Below are positions 46,554-53,911 of a DNA stretch of 64,000 bases, in pieces (position 1 is the first letter of the stretch; every line of letters starts with the position of its first letter). This DNA is from Polyangiales bacterium (GTDB taxonomy: Bacteria; Myxococcota_A; Polyangia; Polyangiales; Ga0077539): NCBI GenBank assembly GCA_044229975.1, contig JBGARZ010000006.1:288001-352000 (forward strand). Reading direction: 5' to 3'. The translations under genes and the position numbers were made by a program. The notes beneath the pieces were generated by a model. That model did no database searches. It worked only from the letters and a program-made list of their open reading frames with translations, and was not told the origin of the DNA.

Positions 46554-47933
46554 ATGAGCTGGTTCAGCGCACCGCCCTCGCCTTCGCCCGACGCCTACGT
46601 CGGCGACCACTCCTCCCGCTCCGACGCGCACACCCGCAAGATCGAGCGCGTGGTGCGGCAGCTACGAAATCACCGCGGCGACCGGCCGTTGTCGTTGAAG
46701 AAGACGTCCGTGTCGCACCAGGTGCCGAAGCGCGGCGACCTGCGGCTGCACGACGACAAGATCGACGTCAGCGACCTCGACCAGATCATCGCCATCGACC
46801 CGACGACGATGACCTGCGTGGCCGAGCCCGGCGTCACCTTCGTCGACCTCGTGCGCGCGACGCTGCCGCTTGGTCTTGTTCCGATCGTGGTGCCCGAGCT
46901 GGAGACCATCACCATCGGCGGCGCCGTCGCGGGCTGCTCGCTGGAGTCGATGTCCTTCAAGCACGGCGGCTTCCACGACACCTGCCTCGCGTACGAGGTG
47001 GTCACCGCCGCGGGCGAGGTGCTCCAGTGCACGCCGGACAACGACAACGCGCTCGTCTTCCAGATGATCCACGGGTCCTTCGGGACGCTCGGCATCCTGA
47101 CGAAGCTGACGTTTCGGTTGGTTCCGGCGAAGCCCTTCGTGCGGGTGACGTACGAGACACACCGCTCGGTCGCGGCGTACCGGAGGGCCATCGAGCGGCG
47201 CTACGTGAGCGGCGACGTCGACTTCATGGACGGCATCATCCACTCGCCGACGCAGTGTGTGCTGAGCCTCGGGGAGTTCGTCGACAGCGCGCCGTACACG
47301 CATCGGTATGACTGGGTGACGCCGTACTTCGAGACCACCGCGCGGCGCCGGAAGGACTACCTCAGCACGAAGGACTATCTCTTCCGTTACGACCGCGGCG
47401 TGACCAACCCGACGCCGAAGAGCGCGGTGGGGCGGCTGCTGGTGGGGAAGTTCCTCGACTCGGCGACGCTGCTGCGGCTGGCGGAGAAGCTCAACCGCTT
47501 CCTGCCCGCTGAGCGACCGGGCGTCACGCTCGACCTCTTCCTCCCGATCTCGCAGATGGAAGACTTCCTCGCGTGGCACACGAAGGAGCTCGGCCACTAT
47601 CCGTTGTGGTGTGTCCCGTACAAGCGCGTGCACGACTACGAGTGGATCGCGCCGGGCTTCTATGACGGGACGAAGGACGAGCTCTTCGTCGACCTCGCCA
47701 TCTACGGAATGGCCCAGCCCGTGGGGCGCAACATCTACCGCGAGCTGGAGGTGGCGCTGCCGCGGTTCAATGCGATCAAGACGCTCATCGCGTTCAACTA
47801 CTACTCGGAGGAGGAGTTCTGGCAGGTGTTCAACCGGCCCAACTACGACGCGGTGAAGCGCGTCACCGACCCCGACAACCGCTTCCGCGACCTCTACACG
47901 AAGACCTGCCGCACGGCGCGGGGGCTGGTGTGA
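46554..47933 (+). CDS. FAD-binding (VAO/PCMH-type) oxidoreductase, delta(24)-sterol reductase-like family
   Basis: EP.VT..DLV, VVPELETITIGGAVAG..LES.SFKHG.FH, GSFGTLG, YLFRYDRG, PLWCVP, C-terminal DP.NRFRDLY.K. Confidence 0.8.
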   Translation: MSWFSAPPSPSPDAYVGDHSSRSDAHTRKIERVVRQLRNHRGDRPLSLKKTSVSHQVPKRGDLRLHDDKIDVSDLDQIIAIDPTTMTCVAEPGVTFVDLVRATLPLGLVPIVVPELETITIGGAVAGCSLESMSFKHGGFHDTCLAYEVVTAAGEVLQCTPDNDNALVFQMIHGSFGTLGILTKLTFRLVPAKPFVRVTYETHRSVAAYRRAIERRYVSGDVDFMDGIIHSPTQCVLSLGEFVDSAPYTHRYDWVTPYFETTARRRKDYLSTKDYLFRYDRGVTNPTPKSAVGRLLVGKFLDSATLLRLAEKLNRFLPAERPGVTLDLFLPISQMEDFLAWHTKELGHYPLWCVPYKRVHDYEWIAPGFYDGTKDELFVDLAIYGMAQPVGRNIYRELEVALPRFNAIKTLIAFNYYSEEEFWQVFNRPNYDAVKRVTDPDNRFRDLYTKTCRTARGLV

Positions 47934-47949
47934 CTGGCGGTGGGCCGCG

Positions 47950-48172
47950 CGGAGTTCGCGTGGGCCCATGAGCCGAGGTGCGGTCGCTCACTCCGGGCTA
48001 TTTCACGCGGTCACCTCGCTGCGCGAGGTTGCAGCATTGGCATCGAAGAACAAGTCCATCGGCTTGCTCATCGCCAGTCGAGAGTCCCTGCAACCTCGCG
48101 CAGCGAGGTGACCGCGTGAAATAGCCCGGAGTGAGCGACTGCACCTCGGCTCATGGGCTCACGCGAACTCCG
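47950..48172. repeat. 85-bp inverted repeat with a 53-bp spacer (REPIN/MITE-like) between convergent genes
   Basis: Arms 47950-48034 and 48088-48172 are reverse complements with 2 mismatches (both G-T). Each arm contains an internal hairpin (ACCTCGC-TGC-GCGAGGT in the left arm). Confidence 0.92.
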
Positions 48173-49082
48173 GCCCAGCGCGCGTGTAGCCGTCGAGCAC
48201 GAAGCGGTACATAGCCTCCGGGCGCGTCGAGCCGCACGTCAGCAACGCCGTTCGTCCGTCGCGCTCTCGCCGAACCTTCGTGGTGTGCAGTGATCCGGTC
48301 GCGTCGGCGAAGGTCACCACGCGCGCCTCGCCGTCACCCGTACACGAGCGGAAGCGCAGCTCACGCGCACCCAGCGGCGGACCATCGCGTCGCACGAAGC
48401 ACTCGGCCGCCTGAACGAAGCGCCCGTAGAGGCAGCGCCCGCGGTAGAGCGCCGGCTCGACGTGGTCGGCCAGGTAGCCGTCGAGGATCGAGCGCCCCGT
48501 GGCCTCGTCCACGCGCCCGAAGTAGAGGCCGTCGGGGAGGCACACGAGGTTGGCGGCGAAGCGGTCACCGCCGACGTGCGTCGACTGCCACACCTCGATG
48601 CCGGGGTGGTCTTCGAGCGCGTGGTAGAGCGCGGCGCCGTAGCGCGCGCAGCACGCGTCGTGGCGGCCGTGGGTGCATACGAGCGCGACGCGTCGGTCGG
48701 TACGGAGATGGTCGAGCGAAGGGTCGCGACGGACGAAGGCGGCGATGTCGAGCTGGGTGATCTCGGCGTAGTCGGAGAAGGAGACGCGATAGAGCACAGG
48801 GTCGCGCTCATGGGGGACGGCCACGAAGAGTGAGCGTATGGGACCGGGCTCGGGCGCGCGTTGGATGAGCTGGATGCGCAGGCCGTCGATCTGGTCTTCG
48901 GCGCGGCGGAGGTGCTGCTTCACGCGCTCGTCGAGGCGCTCGGAGCCCTCGACGGCGTCGTGCGTCCACGGACCCGGGCACTCGATGAGCAGCCACGCGT
49001 CGACAATGGAGGCGGTGGCGGTGAGTGACTCGTCGTTGGCCCGCGAGGTCTCTGCGCAATAGACGTGAGGAGCGCGACTCAC
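48159..49082 (-). CDS. Sucrase/ferredoxin-like (thioredoxin-fold [2Fe-2S], Apd1/Aim32-related) protein
   Basis: GTG start overlaps the JmjC stop; WLLIE.PGPW, VCTHGRHDACCA..G, WQSTHVGGDRFAAN..LP.G.YFGR, YRGR, C-terminal LTC. Confidence 0.88.
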   Translation of the reverse strand: MSRAPHVYCAETSRANDESLTATASIVDAWLLIECPGPWTHDAVEGSERLDERVKQHLRRAEDQIDGLRIQLIQRAPEPGPIRSLFVAVPHERDPVLYRVSFSDYAEITQLDIAAFVRRDPSLDHLRTDRRVALVCTHGRHDACCARYGAALYHALEDHPGIEVWQSTHVGGDRFAANLVCLPDGLYFGRVDEATGRSILDGYLADHVEPALYRGRCLYGRFVQAAECFVRRDGPPLGARELRFRSCTGDGEARVVTFADATGSLHTTKVRRERDGRTALLTCGSTRPEAMYRFVLDGYTRAGPEFA

Positions 49083-50272
49083 GGCTCTTCGACGGCGACG
49101 AGGCCCGCCTCGACGAGCTCGCGGATGAAGACACGCAGCGTGTCGGGAGGCAGTGACGAGACCTCGCGCAGCGCACCGAAGCCCACGCGGCGGGTCTCGG
49201 CGAGCGCGCGCAGCACGGGGAGCGCGGCGGCGGCGAAGGTCCAGCGACGGCCTCCGGCAGCGATGCGTACGGCGCCATCGGGGTCGGGCTCGACGCGATC
49301 GATGCGAGACGGAATCCAGCGCAGCGACGCGCCATGGGGGATGGGCGAACGTGCGGCGGCGAGGGGCAGGCTCATGCGGGTGCGGAGCTCGGCGGCCGTG
49401 TCGAGCTCGGCGAAGTAGCGTTCGAGGAGGTCGTCGGAGAGGAGGTCGACGAGCGCGCCGCGGAGCTCGCGCAGGTGGGCCGAGCGCGCCGCGGAGTCGC
49501 CGAGACGCGGGAGGTCGCGGCGAAACGCGGGCTGCGAGCGGAGCTCGTCGGCGCACCAGTGGAGGAGGTCGACGCCGGTGCGGGCGGTGGCGCCGAAGCT
49601 GAGGTGCAGCGTGGGCTCGCCGAGGGCGACGGCGCCGTGCCAGCAGCCACGCGGGAGGTAGAGAACATCGCCCGCCGAGAGATCTCCCTCCCAGATGGGT
49701 TCGGTCGGCGCGACGTCGTTGGGTTCGACGTCGTGGGTGAGCGGAAACTCGCGGGCGAAGCCGTACACGCGCCAGCGCTTGCGGCCCGTCACCTGGAGCA
49801 CGAACACGTCGTGGTCGTCCCAGTGAACGCCGAAGCCGTGGGTGGTTCCGAAGCCCGCGTAGGCGTTGACCTGGAAGCGCTCGCGAAACACTCCCTCGAA
49901 GCTCTCGGCGAGCTCGCCCACCGGGTCGACGAGCTCATCGACGGCGTCGAGTACCAGCGTCGCCCCACGGCGCAACTGCTCTTGCAGCAGCGCGTGGTCG
50001 ACGCGACGGTTGGCTGCGCTGCGCCCGCGGTGTGATGTCTGGATGTACTTGTTCTCGGGGACGGAGCCGCCGTCGAGCGCGAGACGCAGACGTGGTGCGG
50101 GCAGGCGGTGTGTGCGGAGCACCGTGTTGAGCGTCTCCCACGGGAGCAGGTGGGCGAAGCGGTCGGGGTCACCCGCGACGTGGAGGTGCCGTCGCCCCCA
50201 CGCGTCGCGGACGAACTCATCGAGGCTGGTGCGACCGAAGAGGCCGCGGAGGATGTCCTCCGGGCGAGCCAC
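49079..50272 (-). CDS. JmjC/cupin 2OG-Fe(II) hydroxylase (ROXA/YcfD-like, Cupin_4)
   Basis: GATLVL, VNAY, FGVHWDDHDVFVLQVTGRKRW (HxD plus 2OG-binding Lys), GDVLYLPRGCWH (distal His), LHLSFG, C-terminal winged-helix-like tail. Confidence 0.92.
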   Translation of the reverse strand: MARPEDILRGLFGRTSLDEFVRDAWGRRHLHVAGDPDRFAHLLPWETLNTVLRTHRLPAPRLRLALDGGSVPENKYIQTSHRGRSAANRRVDHALLQEQLRRGATLVLDAVDELVDPVGELAESFEGVFRERFQVNAYAGFGTTHGFGVHWDDHDVFVLQVTGRKRWRVYGFAREFPLTHDVEPNDVAPTEPIWEGDLSAGDVLYLPRGCWHGAVALGEPTLHLSFGATARTGVDLLHWCADELRSQPAFRRDLPRLGDSAARSAHLRELRGALVDLLSDDLLERYFAELDTAAELRTRMSLPLAAARSPIPHGASLRWIPSRIDRVEPDPDGAVRIAAGGRRWTFAAAALPVLRALAETRRVGFGALREVSSLPPDTLRVFIRELVEAGLVAVEEP

Positions 50273-50277
50273 GGCGG

Positions 50278-50586
50278 TCAGGCCGGGCTGCGGCCGTCGG
50301 TGCCGTCGGCGTCGCGGTGCGGGGTTCCATCGGTGCCGTCAGCGTCGCGGCCGGGCTTGTTGTCGGTGCCGTCGGTGTCACGGCCGGGAGCGCCATCGGT
50401 GCCGTCGGCGTCACGACCGGGCTTGTTGTCCGTTCCGTCAGCGTCGCGACCGGGCTTGTCCTTCCCGTCAGCGTCGCGGCCGCTCGCCCTCGCGTCGTCA
50501 CGAGCGCCCACGCGCTCGACGTTCAGGATCAGCCCCGAGCTCTCGTCCCCGCCCTGCGCCCCGTTGCTCGTCTCGTTCTTGTCCAT
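50278..50586 (-). CDS. Asp/Gly-rich repeat peptide (102 aa), putative RiPP-like precursor
   Basis: AGGAGGAG RBS before ATG 50586; N-terminal region with LILNVERV, then six RD(A/T)DG(T/K)D cores; stop lies 5 nt before the JmjC start. Confidence 0.8.
   Translation of the reverse strand: MDKNETSNGAQGGDESSGLILNVERVGARDDARASGRDADGKDKPGRDADGTDNKPGRDADGTDGAPGRDTDGTDNKPGRDADGTDGTPHRDADGTDGRSPA
50296..50478 (-). repeat. ~33-bp imperfect tandem repeat x6 encoding (PG)RDADGTD(NK/GA)
   Basis: Repeated GTCGGTGCCGTC(G/A)GCGTC(G/A)CG on the + strand, with synonymous variation between copies. Confidence 0.85.
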
Positions 50587-50630
50587 GACCAACTCCTCCT
50601 ACGGATGTCCGTACGCAGCCTGTTGACCTG

Positions 50631-50701
50631 GGCGCTCAACGTCAACGACCGACCTTCCGTCGCTCGTGTTCTGTGGTCCATCATCGCTGTCCCTCCCGAT
50701 G
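50631..50701 (+). repeat. Direct repeat, left copy (duplicate of the nth upstream region including its ATG)
   Basis: First 55 nt are 54/55 identical to 53176-53230; both copies end in CCCTCCCGATG. Confidence 0.92.
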
Positions 50702-50795
50702 GCTTGGGGAGCGTGGTCTTCGATCGGCGATGTCGATCGTGTGATCGTGTCGATGGCCGGTGCGGGGTGGAGCGATCGTGTACCTTTGGGGCGCC

Positions 50796-52010
50796 ATGGA
50801 TCGGCTCAACCGCTACCGCGAATTCATGCGCCAGCTCGATCTGACGGACGCCGAGGAGGTGATCCGAAAGGGGATGTACGTCGCGCCCGCGGAGGGTGGG
50901 GTGGCCGAGCGCCTCGTGCCGTCGGTGGCCCTACGCCCGTACGCTTCTCACGTTCTGGTCGGGGGCATCGGCTCGGGCAAGACCACGCAGCTTCTCGTCG
51001 CGGCTGACCTCATCGAGGCGCGCTGTCCGGACACGTGGGCGGTCTACGTGGACGTCAGCAGGCGACACCGGTTGGCCGAACTGGCTCCGGGGGTGCTGGT
51101 TGCGCTCGCGGGTCTGGTGATCGAAGGCATCGTGCGTCCCAATGTTATCGCGCCGAGGTTTACGGAGCGGCCATCGGAGGTTCATCGCGCGCTGGAGCGC
51201 GTGCGGCGATGGGCCAAAGGCGAGCATGTAGATCCGGCGTATCTCGACGAAGGAGTGCACGAAGGTGACGGGGCAGTGTGGGTGGACGGCCTGCTCAAAT
51301 CTCCAGAGCCCTTGAGAGAGCAGTTGTCGGAGAACCTCGATGACATCGAGACCCTCCGCAACGCCCTGCCGAAGGAACGGCAGAACGTGACGATCCTCTT
51401 CGACTCTCTCGACCGCCTCGACGATGTCGACACTTTCGTCAGGTGCGTCGAACAGGACCTTCGCGCGCTCCGGCGACTCGGGATTGGCGTCGTGATGACT
51501 GCTCCGCTTCAGGCTATGTTCGGTGCGAAGCGCGCCGACCTGGATCGTTTCGACGTCGTCCTTCAACAGTCGGCGGTCGATGTAACGAACGACACGACCG
51601 GGCTCGCGTTTCTCTCCGATGTGCTCTTCCGACGGGCGCCCGCTGGACTGCTCTCCCCAGACGCCGCCGCGGCCCTCTCGCACGCCTCGGGTGGCGTGTT
51701 GCGCGACCTCATCGGGCTTGCTCGCTCGGCCGTGGAGGAAGCGTACATGCGGGGCGCCGACGTCGTCGACGTCGCCTCGGTGAGGCTCGCGATCGACCGC
51801 TTCGGCCGCAAGCGCATGCTGGGACTTCGCTCCAACGAGATCGACCTGCTCGATCGGGTGCGCCGCACGGGGCGCTTCGTTCCGACGACGGACGACGAGG
51901 TCGCGCTGCTCGTGACCCGCCGCGTCCTGGAGTACGAGGAGGACGGAGTGCGCTTCGCCGTGCATCCGACGCTCGTCCCGCTGCTCGAGTCCTTGAAGGA
52001 CGCGGCGTGA
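50796..52010 (+). CDS. P-loop ATPase (AAA+/STAND-related)
   Basis: Walker A GGIGSGKTT, Walker B ILFDSLD, lid motif SGGVLRDLI, C-terminal LEY...FAVHP. Confidence 0.85.
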   Translation: MDRLNRYREFMRQLDLTDAEEVIRKGMYVAPAEGGVAERLVPSVALRPYASHVLVGGIGSGKTTQLLVAADLIEARCPDTWAVYVDVSRRHRLAELAPGVLVALAGLVIEGIVRPNVIAPRFTERPSEVHRALERVRRWAKGEHVDPAYLDEGVHEGDGAVWVDGLLKSPEPLREQLSENLDDIETLRNALPKERQNVTILFDSLDRLDDVDTFVRCVEQDLRALRRLGIGVVMTAPLQAMFGAKRADLDRFDVVLQQSAVDVTNDTTGLAFLSDVLFRRAPAGLLSPDAAAALSHASGGVLRDLIGLARSAVEEAYMRGADVVDVASVRLAIDRFGRKRMLGLRSNEIDLLDRVRRTGRFVPTTDDEVALLVTRRVLEYEEDGVRFAVHPTLVPLLESLKDAA

Positions 52011-52012
52011 CG

Positions 52013-52597
52013 ATGTCGCCTGGCGCCCTCTCGCTCGGCGAGTTCGCCATGGGCGTGGCGCTGCGGTTCGGGACGCGCGACTGGTCGGTGCTCCTGGTGA
52101 CGGAGGCGAGCCGCTGCGAGACGGTGGCGCGCCAGCTCGCGGATGAGATCGAAGCCCAGGTCGAGGTACTGCCGGTGATCGCTGAGGTGGCGGAGTCACT
52201 GATCGAGGTCCTCCGTCACGAGAACCGTCCAGTGGTCGTGGGGTATCAGGGCGCGAGGGCGCTCGACGCCGTGTGGTCGTCGCTCGACCTTGACCGAAGT
52301 CGCCTGCCCGCCGCTCAGAGCGTGATGCTCGTGTTGACCCCGGCCGCCTTCGACCAACTAGAACGTCGCGCGCCGAACCTCGCAAGCTGGCTCGGCGCGA
52401 CGGTGTCGCTTGCCGATCTCGACGCGGGGCTGCTCACCGACGACGAGCGGGCGATGATGCTGGAGGGCTTCCGGACGAAGTTCGCGATGACCGACGAAGA
52501 GTTGCTCAAGGCTGCCGCGGAGGGACGGGCGCCTGCGGAGCCCGAGGTCGCGACGTGGCTGGTGCTGTTGGGACGAGGGGATCTTCTTGGGGCGTAG
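52013..52597 (+). CDS. Hypothetical protein (degenerate NTPase-like N-terminus plus short helical C-terminal domain)
   Basis: Coupled to the ATPase stop; WSSLDLDRSRL...LVL...RAPNLASW; C-terminus LEGFRTKFAMTDEELL...G...EVATW. Confidence 0.65.
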   Translation: MSPGALSLGEFAMGVALRFGTRDWSVLLVTEASRCETVARQLADEIEAQVEVLPVIAEVAESLIEVLRHENRPVVVGYQGARALDAVWSSLDLDRSRLPAAQSVMLVLTPAAFDQLERRAPNLASWLGATVSLADLDAGLLTDDERAMMLEGFRTKFAMTDEELLKAAAEGRAPAEPEVATWLVLLGRGDLLGA

Positions 52598-53162
52598 CGA
52601 CTTCACGGCCTTGCGGGTCAACATCCAGAGCCGCCTGCTCGGGGTCGAGAGGCCGGGACTGCCAGACACCGCGCGTGCCCTCCAACAGGAGGTCACGAAG
52701 CTGCTGGTTGGATTCTCGAATGATGGACTCCTGAAGAACCCGCCCCGTGAAGTCTATGGACTGTTGAAGCGGACCAAACCCACGGCGGACCGGGTCGCGT
52801 TGGCCGTCTGCTCGCCCGCGAACTTCCGTAGGGAGCGCTCGCTTCCTCACTTTGAGCGCGACGACGGAGCGTGGTTCGACTTCCACCTCGACGTTCGGGA
52901 GCGCGGTCGACAGCCGGTCGAGATCGTCGCCTACGGCTTCGAGTTGAGGTTCGACGCGAACGCTGGAGCGCCCGCGTGGGTGCGCTTCGACCTCAACCCA
53001 CCGGGCACCGACAACGACCGTCGAGGCGTCCGATCGCACCTCCACCCGGCGACGGATGACTGGTCGGTTCCGTCTCCCGTGTTCACGCCGATCGAGTTGC
53101 TCTCGATCATGGTGCTCGGGATGCGACCCGAAGACCCGGAACATCCGCGCAAGGTCGAGTAG
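52587..53162 (+). CDS. Hypothetical protein with RFD...HxH motif (possible toxin/nuclease)
   Basis: TTG start overlaps the upstream gene; WVRFDLNPP...RSHLHP...VPSPVFTPIELL. Confidence 0.6.
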   Translation: MGRSDFTALRVNIQSRLLGVERPGLPDTARALQQEVTKLLVGFSNDGLLKNPPREVYGLLKRTKPTADRVALAVCSPANFRRERSLPHFERDDGAWFDFHLDVRERGRQPVEIVAYGFELRFDANAGAPAWVRFDLNPPGTDNDRRGVRSHLHPATDDWSVPSPVFTPIELLSIMVLGMRPEDPEHPRKVE

Positions 53163-53175
53163 GGAAGAACCAGCC

Positions 53176-53245
53176 GGCGCTCAACGTCAACAACCGACCT
53201 TCCGTCGCTCGTGTTCTGTGGTCCATCATCACCGCCCTCCCGATG
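53176..53245 (+). repeat. Direct repeat, right copy (native nth 5' region)
   Basis: GGCGCTCAACGTCAACAACCGACCTTCCGTCGCTCGTGTTCTGTGGTCCATCATCACCGCCCTCCCGATG; the final ATG is the nth start. Confidence 0.92.
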
Positions 53246-53911
53246 ACCACCCGCGCCGACAAGGCAGCCCGCATCCAGGCGCAGCTCGACGAGTTCTTCC
53301 CCGACCCGGAGATTCCCCTCGACCACGTCGATCCGTTCTCGCTGCTGGTCGCGGTGGTGCTCTCCGCGCAGACCACGGACAAGAAGGTCAACGAGGTCAC
53401 GCCCGCGCTCTTCGCCCGCGCCCCGACGCCCGAGCGCATGCGCGCGCTGCCCGTCGCCGAGATCCGCGAGCTCATCCGCCAGGTGAACTTCTCGCCCGCC
53501 AAGGCGAAGCACCTCCATCGCCTCTCGGAGATGCTCTGCGACCTGCATGGTGGACAGGTTCCGCGCGACTTCGACGCGCTGCTCGCGCTGCCGGGCGTCG
53601 GTCGCAAGACCGCCAACGTGGTCATGTCGCAAGCCTTCGGTGAAGCGTCGTTTCCGGTCGACACGCACATCTTCCGGCTGGCCCACCGGTGGGGTCTCTC
53701 CAACGGCGCCACGCCCGACGACGTCGAGCGCGACCTCACCCGCGCCTTCCCCAGGTCCGCCTGGAACAAGCTCCACCTCCAGATCATCTACTTCGGTCGC
53801 AGCTACTGCCCCGCGCTGCGCCACGACCTCACGTCGTGCCCCATCTGCTCGTGGGCCGCATCGAAGGCACGCATCGCCAGCGAGGCGAAGCACGGACACC
53901 GGGGAGCATGA
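53243..53911 (+). CDS. nth: Endonuclease III
   Basis: LLVAVVLSAQTTDKKVN, HhH LPGVGRKTANVV, VDTHIFR, C-terminal YC...CPIC. Confidence 0.93.
   Translation: MTTRADKAARIQAQLDEFFPDPEIPLDHVDPFSLLVAVVLSAQTTDKKVNEVTPALFARAPTPERMRALPVAEIRELIRQVNFSPAKAKHLHRLSEMLCDLHGGQVPRDFDALLALPGVGRKTANVVMSQAFGEASFPVDTHIFRLAHRWGLSNGATPDDVERDLTRAFPRSAWNKLHLQIIYFGRSYCPALRHDLTSCPICSWAASKARIASEAKHGHRGA

Larger units (their letters stand above)
50631..53245. mobile_element. Small (~2.5 kb) three-gene island bounded by ~70-bp direct repeats; no integrase
   Basis: Direct repeats at both ends; the internal genes use more A/T-ending codons than the host genes. Confidence 0.65.

Noticed and set aside
49079..50272. Interpreting the JmjC protein as housekeeping RoxA/YcfD (uL16 hydroxylase)
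   Set aside because: Same fold, but the HWDDHD/GATLVL subtype and tight coupling to a repeat peptide and ferredoxin favour a dedicated role. Not excluded without a phylogeny, so no gene symbol is given.
50296..50478. Possible CRISPR array in the ~33-bp periodic repeats (also considered 42608-42775 and 62770-62835)
   Set aside because: Periods are multiples of three, lie in frame within ORFs, have no unique spacers, and no cas genes are present.
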